Shown: positions 20,201-25,971 of the stretch, in pieces
Numbering within the stretch: position 1 is the stretch's first letter
How the letters are laid out: each line of letters opens with the position of its first letter
DNA from: Acaryochloris marina MBIC11017
GTDB lineage: Bacteria; Cyanobacteriota; Cyanobacteriia; Thermosynechococcales; Thermosynechococcaceae
Assembly (NCBI RefSeq): GCF_000018105.1
Contig: NC_009925.1
Coordinates: 990,001-1,022,000, forward strand
Direction: 5' to 3'
DNA length: 32,000 nt
Notes under the pieces: generated by a model
Seen by the model: the letters and a program-made list of their open reading frames with translations, nothing else
Database searches by the model: none
Told to the model about the DNA's origin: nothing
Position numbers and translations under genes: made by a program

Positions 20201-20650
20201 AAAAAAGATGTACAAGCATTTTACGATTCTTTTATCAATATTGAATATAACTCTGAGTTAGCAGAAAGATATCGAAAGCGGTTGCAAAAGTATAGGCATA
20301 AACTTTTCACATTCCTAAGTCATGATGGCATTCCGTGGAATAACAATAATGCTGAACATGCCGTTAAAGCATTTGCCGCCCATAGAAAACAAGGTAATAC
20401 AAATTTTACTGAGAAAAGCATCGAAAAATCTCTAATTTTGCTAAGCATTCAACAAACTTGTAAGTATAGGGGGATTGATTTTTTGGATTTCTTAATATCT
20501 CAAGAAAAAAGTCTTGATTCGTATTCTAATCGCTATTAGCTTGTAGAGTATCTGGGAGAAATGTTACTTGGATTCGTTACATGATGCTTTATAGATTCAA
20601 TAGTCTCTTAACAAAATCTAGATGTCTATAGCCTATACTTATCAAGTATT
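17300..20650 (+). mobile_element. AT-rich island carrying one IS66-like fusion transposase gene; boundaries approximate, ends not resolved
   Basis: Composition changes abruptly. Two hand-counted 50-nt samples near 17.83-17.93 kb gave 15/50 G+C each, against 22/50 and 32/50 in leuS samples. The island holds a single long ORF with DDE transposase motifs and no HIP1 octamers. Confidence 0.45.
17828..20539 (+). CDS. fusion protein: TM0106-type RecB/Cas4-like nuclease domain + HhH + RNase H-fold (DEDD-like) exonuclease domain + zf-IS66 + IS66-family DDE transposase domain
   Basis: N-terminal part: C16 plus C195-x2-C198-x5-C204 (Cas4/AddB-type 4-Cys layout), then DDLSLLGGM..KGIFTVHQY (HhH-like), then IFIDFEGL..YLIGL..YYYGSYE..NSLKDIAKYIGF..YNLEDCLAL (TM0106/RNase_H_2 pattern). 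C-terminal part: CKHC...CRNC zinc finger, QADETPIKM..GYVWVF, LISDFYAGYD, QKCLVHLIRD and WNNNNAEHAVK (IS66 D-D-E and CxxH motifs). Confidence 0.8.
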   Translation: MNTIITDEIINSFLKCPYKAYLRLNNQPGEKTYFQKLEEELASIYKKNLFLRIDEKLEQSQPILRLGKTQENKEYEITYKTNHHFESPRYKVVFELIQIMREGVSSDEILYYPIFFWHKEHITKLDKINFTIRSLILADIKDTSVKYAGVIYGKNNKILKLKLEVYFKEARKVLSELELMLKSHKKPRFFQIKECKICEFKKDCYEDLVVRDDLSLLGGMYEKDILRQNRKGIFTVHQYSYTYKPRKRKNNLTKYEKSDLALKALALREERTYIKSTPTFPESNVDIFIDFEGLNDENYTYLIGLCITEKDKNRFLSFWADSQAQEVSIFLSMIEIISPLTNFTAYYYGSYEIRALKKLSKKLDDSYANIINRLIENSVNILSIFNSNIYPPTYTNSLKDIAKYIGFSWHDKNASGLQSIYWRKKWELTGDKAYKDALIQYNLEDCLALQLLKKWINSIDLNRENDYAEVEKIKTVKAYNWRKTEEYFLDDFQEVNKLAYFDYQHTKIYLRTNPQIRKALKRELKSCKKLTNKPNEVVKISVHSCKHCHSNNIKPLVKSEKIVVDLKFIKNGIKKWVLKYVGGTFYCRNCKKIFSPKNLNKFSDFGENLIRWAMHQHIQYRMSIDNVVDSLRDFNVQISATTVHYFKSNLAIQYEETYQEIKANILKGQLIQADETPIKMVKRETGYVWVFTTTDAVLYFFKSTRKAFFLKELLKDFTGVLISDFYAGYDSIDCEQQKCLVHLIRDMNLDLFKNQFDEDLKSLVTHFGKLLRKIVETIDKYGLKRRNLNKHKKDVQAFYDSFINIEYNSELAERYRKRLQKYRHKLFTFLSHDGIPWNNNNAEHAVKAFAAHRKQGNTNFTEKSIEKSLILLSIQQTCKYRGIDFLDFLISQEKSLDSYSNRY

Positions 20651-21190
20651 TGAGCCCTCCCCTGTAATCCTTTAAGAAGAGGGTTCTGACTTTGTAGATC
20701 CTACTAAGAGATCCGTACCAGGTTGAGAACAACGACAAATTAGAACAAGCCTCACTTACGTCAGGGGGCAAGAATCCCCTTAAACATGACTTTTCTTTTA
20801 CACCAGCCATACCTTCTTGGATGATTGTGAATCGGGCGAAGTGTTGGCTCTATGCAGGGCTGTCTGAGGGAAGAGAAGTGTTGATTCCCCTAGAGAGTGA
20901 TGATTTTAGTCAACGGTTGAGATTGGATTGGATCTCATCGAAGTGGATTGTGAGCTGAGCTGCTTTTACCGGGTTCATCAATCAAGACTATTGGATAACA
21001 CTTTTGTCCTGAACTGTTTCAGGGCAATTTGCAAAGGTGAGAAGCTCCCCGACTTATTGAGCTTTTTCTAACAAACGCCTGTACTCAGATGCTTGAAATT
21101 TGCTTACCTGCTTCCTTCTTTCAGCTTATTACTCGCATTGGTGAGGCGATCCATTAGAATTTGACCCAGTCTAGAATCGTCTTGGCTGAT

Positions 21191-21232
21191 AACTATAGTT
21201 GACAACTGATTGCTCGTTAACTATGGTTGACA
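21191..21232 (+). promoter_or_regulatory. two direct repeats AACTAT(A/G)GTTGACA upstream of the toxin gene; candidate promoter/operator
   Basis: The copies lie at 21191-21204 and 21219-21232, spaced 28 bp start to start. Each contains TTGACA. TATGGT at 21222-21227 lies 17 bp downstream of the first TTGACA. The second copy abuts the ATG at 21234. Confidence 0.4.
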
Positions 21233-21233
21233 C

Positions 21234-21518
21234 ATGATTGAGGTCCGTCAAACAGACATTTTTGCCAATTGGTTCAATAAACTGCGAGATCGAAAGGCTA
21301 AAGCACGTATTGACCGTATCGAGATTGGCAATTTTGGGGATGTAGCCCCCATCGGGGAAGATGTTAGCGAACTTCGCATGCATTATGGTTCTGGTTACAG
21401 GGTTTACTTTATACAACGTGGTCTAGTGGTTGTCATATTGATTCCTGGTGGTGACAAAGGCTCACAAAATGCTGACATCAAAAGGGCTAAGGAAATTTCT
21501 AAGCAGTTGGAGGATTGA
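21234..21518 (+). CDS. type II toxin, RelE/ParE-superfamily 'addiction module killer' (HigB-like)
   Basis: 94 aa. FANWFNKLRD..AKARI..RIEIGNFGDV.P.G.DVSELR...GSGYRVYF is the pattern of the putative addiction-module killer family. It is followed immediately by its antidote gene. Confidence 0.85.
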   Translation: MIEVRQTDIFANWFNKLRDRKAKARIDRIEIGNFGDVAPIGEDVSELRMHYGSGYRVYFIQRGLVVVILIPGGDKGSQNADIKRAKEISKQLED

Positions 21519-21815
21519 GTGATGCCCATAAACACAACCCGCTGGGATTCAGCGGAACATCTCAAAACAGAAGAAGATATTCAGCTATATCTAGAAGCAT
21601 GCCTGGAAGAAGCCGAAGATGATCCTGCTCTAATTATTCATGCACTAGGAGTAGTCGCTAGGGCTAAGAATATGAGTCAACTATCCCGAGATACGGGTTT
21701 GAGTAGAGAAGGGCTATATAAAGCGCTGTCTCCTGATGGTAACCCCAAATTTTCGACGATCGCTAAAGTTACTAAAGCGCTCGGATTCAAGCTAACCATT
21801 CAGCCAACACCTTAG
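21519..21815 (+). CDS. type II antitoxin, addiction module antidote (HigA-like, HTH)
   Basis: 98 aa. WDSAEHLKTEEDIQLYLEACLEE..DDPALIIHALGVVARAKNMSQLSRDTGLSREGLYKALSPDGNP..T..KV.KALGFKL is the classic antidote-family pattern. GTG at 21519 or ATG at 21522 directly follows the toxin stop codon. Confidence 0.85.
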   Translation: MMPINTTRWDSAEHLKTEEDIQLYLEACLEEAEDDPALIIHALGVVARAKNMSQLSRDTGLSREGLYKALSPDGNPKFSTIAKVTKALGFKLTIQPTP

Positions 21816-22071
21816 TTTGAGCTAAATCCATTTCTAGCCAGCCCCTGCACCGGACGTTCAGTTGCCATAATGTTCTTTTTTAGGTCTACTCACGGGCCGT
21901 TAATTGGAGTTAGCTGAATTGGGTCATTGATTATGAAACAGAATCCAGCTTATCTAGTTAGTTTTCAGGATAAAACAGTAGTCCTATCTCCCAGTACAAA
22001 ACCACTCCCCATTCAGTTTCTAGATAAAATAGTGTTGAGTTTCCAAACTTGCGGGCAAAGAGTAAACCTCA

Positions 22072-22635
22072 ATGGTACAAACACCCTCAAAAACGCTGAC
22101 CCTGGCGGAGTTTTTGGAATTGCCAGAAACGAAGCCTGCCAATGAATACATTGATGGCCAAATTATTCAAAAGCCAATGCCCCAAGGGAAACATAGTGTC
22201 ATTCAAGGAGAACTAGTACCTGCTATCAATGGAATAGTTAAGTCCAACCGAATTGCACGTGCCTTTCCTGAGCTTCGCTGTACCTTTGGTAATCGTTCAA
22301 TTGTTCCTGATATTGCCGTGTTTCTTTGGCACCGAATTCCCCGCGATCAGAATGGAGAAATTGCCAACACGTTTTCTACCGCACCAGATTGGGCTGTTGA
22401 AATCCTGTCTCCCAATCAAAGCCAAACAAAAGTCACAAAGAATATTCTCCACTGCCTGCAGCATGGAACCGAAGTAGGTTGGTTAATCGATCCAGGTGAG
22501 CAAACAGTGTTTGTCTATCGCCCCAAGCAAGAACCTGAAGTCTTGGATAAGCCAGATAACGTCATTCCTGTACCCTCTTTTGTCAGTGAACTACAGCTTA
22601 CGGTAAAAGAGTTATTTACTTGGTTGCTGGAATAA
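22072..22635 (+). CDS. Uma2 family (DUF820) restriction-endonuclease-like protein
   Basis: 187 aa. TLAEFLELPETKPANEYIDGQIIQKPMP..KHS.IQ, then PDIAVF and APDWAVEILSP. These are PD-(D/E)xK-like motifs typical of cyanobacterial Uma2 proteins. Confidence 0.85.
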   Translation: MVQTPSKTLTLAEFLELPETKPANEYIDGQIIQKPMPQGKHSVIQGELVPAINGIVKSNRIARAFPELRCTFGNRSIVPDIAVFLWHRIPRDQNGEIANTFSTAPDWAVEILSPNQSQTKVTKNILHCLQHGTEVGWLIDPGEQTVFVYRPKQEPEVLDKPDNVIPVPSFVSELQLTVKELFTWLLE

Positions 22636-22680
22636 GAATTGGACGTACCTATACAGTTCACGCTCTTCGATGATTAATAA

Positions 22681-22701
22681 GTAATACTATATTAGTATTA
22701 C
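22681..22701. promoter_or_regulatory. perfect 21-bp palindrome GTAATACTA-TAT-TAGTATTAC upstream of vapB; candidate operator
   Basis: Read directly from the sequence: 9-bp arms with a 3-bp centre, ending 24 nt before the vapB ATG. Type II TA operons are commonly autoregulated at such palindromes. Confidence 0.5.
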
Positions 22702-22725
22702 ATTGATTAAGAGAGAACCTATCAG

Positions 22726-22944
22726 ATGCGAGTAACGACAAAAGGACAAGTGACAATCCCTAGAAATGTTAGAGAAATTCTGGGGATTATGCCTGAGACA
22801 GAGGTTGAATTTATCGAAGAAAACGGAAGGTTTTATATCGAGAAAGTTAATGACCGAAAGGCCACCAAAAAATTTAAAAAGCTGAGAGGCATAGCGACCG
22901 TCAAGATGTCAACCGATGAGATTTTAGACCTTACCAGAGAATAG
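22726..22944 (+). CDS. vapB: AbrB/MazE/SpoVT-type antitoxin (VapB)
   Basis: 72 aa. The N-terminal RVTTKGQVTIPRNVREILGI is the swapped-hairpin AbrB-type DNA-binding motif. It lies directly upstream of a PIN gene. Confidence 0.8.
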   Translation: MRVTTKGQVTIPRNVREILGIMPETEVEFIEENGRFYIEKVNDRKATKKFKKLRGIATVKMSTDEILDLTRE

Positions 22945-22946
22945 TC

Positions 22947-23351
22947 GTGAACGGCATTTTGGTTGACTCATGCGTGTTGCTGGATTTATTTACAGATGAT
23001 CCCAATTGGGCAGAGTGGTCAGAAAGTATTTTAGAGAAATGTAGCCTCACCAATACCCTCTATATCAACTCGATTGTCTACACTGAAATATCAATGGGGT
23101 TTGAAAAAATAGAAGAGTTGGAGAGCGCTATCGAAGTATTACATTTGAAAGTTTTGGAAATGCCTCGTGAAGCATTGTTCCTAACCGGTAAGGTATTTTT
23201 ACAATATAGAAAAAATAAAGGAACGAAAACCTCACCCTTACCTGATTTTTTTATTGGTGCTCATGCTTCTGTTTCACAATTTGACTTAATCACTAGAGAT
23301 GTCAGCAAATATAAAACATACTTTCCACAGGTCGCACTGATCCATCCTTAA
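22947..23351 (+). CDS. vapC: PIN-domain toxin (VapC)
   Basis: 134 aa. ILVDSCVLLDL (first acidic PIN motif), YTEISMG, and a C-terminal DFFIGAHA...LITRD. The GTG start lies 2 nt after the vapB stop codon. Confidence 0.8.
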   Translation: MNGILVDSCVLLDLFTDDPNWAEWSESILEKCSLTNTLYINSIVYTEISMGFEKIEELESAIEVLHLKVLEMPREALFLTGKVFLQYRKNKGTKTSPLPDFFIGAHASVSQFDLITRDVSKYKTYFPQVALIHP

Positions 23352-23434
23352 CCTTGAACTTTAGGGGAATAGCTCAGAATTGATCGATGATATTCAGTCA
23401 CTCACTCCAAAAACAAACTGATGGCAAAGCAAAG

Positions 23435-23468
23435 TTGACCGTATTGAAATTGGCCACTTTGGGGATGT
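23435..23468 (+). pseudogene. short remnant of a second higB-like killer gene
   Basis: By hand alignment, 23435-23468 matches 21310-21343 of the intact toxin gene at about 30/34 positions. It encodes ..VDRIEIGHFGDV.., compared with IDRIEIGNFGDV in the intact gene. Stop codons lie upstream (tga) and downstream (taa) in that frame. Confidence 0.6.
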
Positions 23469-23493
23469 CGATAGTTAATCACAATTTGCACCT

Positions 23494-23658
23494 ATGACTG
23501 AACTCTTCCAACAAGCAATTGCAGAGGTTTCCAAGTTATCTGACGAACAGCAGAATGCGATCTCTACCATGATTGTTAAAGAACTTGAAGATGAAGCCAA
23601 ATGGGATGATGCTGACTCGAAAATATGTACCAACGCTGAAACCAAAGCCGTTATGTGA
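23494..23658 (+). CDS. unlisted 54-aa ORF, antitoxin-like small acidic protein (orphan)
   Basis: ATG at 23494, TGA at 23656-23658. Sequence: MTELFQQAIAEVSKLSDEQQNAISTMIVKELEDEAKWDDADSKICTNAETKAVM. The LF.QAI..V..LS.E.Q..I...I..ELEDE..W pattern recurs in small cyanobacterial antitoxin-type proteins. It is below the ORF-track size cut-off. Confidence 0.4.
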   Translation: MTELFQQAIAEVSKLSDEQQNAISTMIVKELEDEAKWDDADSKICTNAETKAVM

Positions 23659-23666
23659 AAAACAAT

Positions 23667-24251
23667 ATGAATATCGGAATTTACATTTATGATGAAGCTG
23701 AAGTTCTGGATTTTTCAGGCCCGTTTGAAGTGTTCTCAACGGCAGCAAGAGTTTCAGGAACAGCCGATATTTTTAGCGTTTTTCTGGTGAGTGAAACAGG
23801 CAGTATAGTTACAGCCCGTGGAAATTACAAAGTACAGCCTCATTACGGCTTTTTAAATCATCCATCAATTGATGTTCTTATAATCGTAGGTGGTGTTCAT
23901 ACTAAGGAACTCGAAAAACAACAGGTACTGAGCTGGATTAAAGAGCAGTCTAAAAATGCGCAGCTTGTTGCTTCAGTTTGCACTGGTGTATTTCTATTAG
24001 CTGAAGCCCAGGTGCTTTCTAGTCAAAAAGTGACAACGCACTGGGAAGATATTCCAGACCTGCGAACATCGTATCCAAACTTAGAAGTTATTGACAATCA
24101 GCGGTGGGTAGATGAGGACGAAGTCATTACGTCTGGCGGTATATCTGCAGGCATTGATATGAGTCTCCACTTAGTCAGTAAAATTTGCAGCCCAGAATTG
24201 GCAGAAAAAACAGCGAAACAAATGGATTATAAATGGACAAAAAACACATAA
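23667..24251 (+). CDS. DJ-1/PfpI family (class I glutamine amidotransferase-like) protein
   Basis: IGIYIYDEAEVLDFSGPFEVF, DVLIIVGG, the nucleophile elbow ASVCTGVFLLAEA, and ITSGGISAGIDMSLHLV. ATG at 23667 is preferred over the GTG at 23655. Confidence 0.8.
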   Translation: MNIGIYIYDEAEVLDFSGPFEVFSTAARVSGTADIFSVFLVSETGSIVTARGNYKVQPHYGFLNHPSIDVLIIVGGVHTKELEKQQVLSWIKEQSKNAQLVASVCTGVFLLAEAQVLSSQKVTTHWEDIPDLRTSYPNLEVIDNQRWVDEDEVITSGGISAGIDMSLHLVSKICSPELAEKTAKQMDYKWTKNT

Positions 24252-24319
24252 CAAGTACGGTCAGCAGGACAAACCTAGGCTATGCTCCGGTTTGCCTCTG
24301 CTGTAGGCGTTAGGCGCAC

Positions 24320-24754
24320 ATGGCAGAGTATCTGATCCGACAGGCGGTCCCCGACGACATCTCGACCTTAAGCGACCTCGATCAAATCGCACGCGGTAGT
24401 CCCGACCGAAGGGCCTTCATCCAAGACGCGGTGAAAAATAATCGCGCTTGGGTCGTCGAGATTTGCGATCGCATTATCGGCTACGGAGTCATTTCCCATA
24501 GATTCTTTGGCCGCTCGTTCATTGATCTCATCTACATCTCAGAACCGCTGCGCTCATCCGGTTACGGACCCAAATTGCTAGCCTTCCTTGAAGGCCAATC
24601 GCAATCGAACGATCTATTCACCTCGACCAACGAATCCAACTCGCACATGCAGCATGTTCTTGAGAAACTAGGTTACGAACGCTCAGGAGTCATCCATAAT
24701 CTTGATCCAGGTGACCCAGAGATCGTGTATATCAAACGCTCAATGCGCGCCTAA
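24320..24754 (+). CDS. GNAT family N-acetyltransferase
   Basis: 144 aa. Motif A-like region YISEPLRSSGYGPKLLAFL, with a C-terminal LEKLGYERSG typical of GNAT beta-strand/helix 4. Confidence 0.75.
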   Translation: MAEYLIRQAVPDDISTLSDLDQIARGSPDRRAFIQDAVKNNRAWVVEICDRIIGYGVISHRFFGRSFIDLIYISEPLRSSGYGPKLLAFLEGQSQSNDLFTSTNESNSHMQHVLEKLGYERSGVIHNLDPGDPEIVYIKRSMRA

Positions 24755-25340
24755 CAAAGGAGTACTCAAACGATTGGAGCCACCCGATACCAGGGAAATT
24801 GTTACTTGTTCAGAGCGCTCTGTACTATTTGCTATGACAGCTAAACTTGAATACACCGCCCATCTTATCAATCAAGTTCAGGCAGGAGATCTTGAAGGAA
24901 TAAAAAAGACCTGAATGAAGGGGGTGTGTTTATCAACCTACCCGTTTCCTGGTAACTCAACCGTCCCAATGCACAACAATCCAGTCAACAAATAGGTTAT
25001 CCGATTGCCAAAGACCCTATTCTCCAGAAAAAACTAATGGCTTAATAGCAGGCACCCCTGGGCCGATCAATAGCCAAACCAATCCAAAACACGCTGCAAT
25101 ACCTGAACTCACTCCTGAAGGAATCTGAACTTTTCAGGATTTTTTCTGCTGGTTAATTCGAAGATAGTGAATTCAACAAAGCACAGCAGTGCACCAATAA
25201 CCCGCAGAACCTAAAGGAGAATCAACCATGCTGACATTCTTATTCACTCAAATCATGAGTACCTGGGCTATTTGTTTCGTCTTCGGATTTTATTTTGCCT
25301 TGGAAGCCGTTAATGCAGACTAAGGCAGCCCTGCACACCT

Positions 25341-25372
25341 CAATGAACCAATGGAGCAATGAACCAATGGAG
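25341..25372. repeat. 16-bp tandem direct repeat, two exact copies (CAATGAACCAATGGAG)
   Basis: Read directly: 25341-25356 and 25357-25372 are identical, followed by a partial third copy start (CAA). Confidence 0.85.
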
Positions 25373-25971
25373 CAAGTTCTGATGTTAATTACAAGCAGCC
25401 TTAAAAATCTTAAATGGACTGGATACATTCTCAAACGGTTCTTCCTAAAGCTCATTCACCCATCTTTGCCTCCAACAATGTTGAAGATCCATAAACCACA
25501 AGTCTGATCTGTGAACTAGTTCCATCCCAGTGCCCATTTGAACGAGAAATCTATTTCCAGAACCATAAATTATTCCAAATTGCCTTACTCGGCAAGTTCA
25601 ACCCAGCTGAGAGTGAAGTAATTGTGTTGAGATTTCGGCTACTTTCCTATTTAGCCAATCAGTGTGGCAAGGATATTAATCGATACATCCACTAATCAGC
25701 CATGATCCCTGAATAGAATCAGTGTATAACACCATGAATCTAAATCTTTAGTGGCCTAAACAGGAATAAAGCATATTACTTTAAGATCTTGCGAAGGAAA
25801 AAATCAATTAAATACCTAATAACTAAAAACTGTATTTTAAAATACGTTCATAACAAAATATTTTGCTTTTTTTGGAGATATAGTAAATATTTTCTTGCTA
25901 TATTTACATCTCGATATTGTTAGTTTAAGCTTGAAAACATTATCCTCAGATAATCAGTTAGGACAAAAAAT

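Noticed and set aside
17792-20635. 10-bp inverted match TAGGCTATAG (17792-17801) / CTATAGCCTA (20626-20635), considered as possible island ends. Also direct 8-mers ATGATGCT and CTATAGCC on both flanks.
   Set aside because: The core GGCTATAGCC is itself a palindrome, the similarity does not extend beyond it, and matches of this length are expected by chance in AT-rich flanks of this size. The left copy also sits only 27 nt from the ATG.
20589-20810. 73-aa minus-strand ORF just right of the island.
   Set aside because: It has no RBS and no recognisable motif, and it straddles the compositional boundary. It is treated as non-coding spacer (see the spacer finding).
17148-21233. Searched both island borders for a tRNA/tmRNA gene as an integration target.
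   Set aside because: I could not assemble a cloverleaf-compatible sequence (acceptor stem, T-loop GTTCRANNC) by eye. A tRNAscan run would be needed to be certain.
21171-22145. ORFs 21171-21416 (-) and 21927-22145 (+).
   Set aside because: The first is antisense to the well-supported HigB-like gene and its promoter. The second overlaps the Uma2 start in another frame and has no motif.
23536-23748. 70-aa minus-strand ORF.
   Set aside because: It is antisense to both the 54-aa plus-strand ORF and the DJ-1/PfpI N-terminus, and its sequence is low in information content.
24702-25507. ORFs 24702-24914 (+), 25240-25455 (-) and 25295-25507 (+).
   Set aside because: The first begins inside the GNAT gene in another frame. 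The other two overlap each other and the 16-bp tandem repeat, with no RBS or motif.
25495-25695. Resemblance of ..AESEVIVLRF.. to sigma-70 region 4 / HTH proteins.
   Set aside because: Too few residues match, and the frame has no start codon. I mention it only as a possible decayed gene, not as a call.
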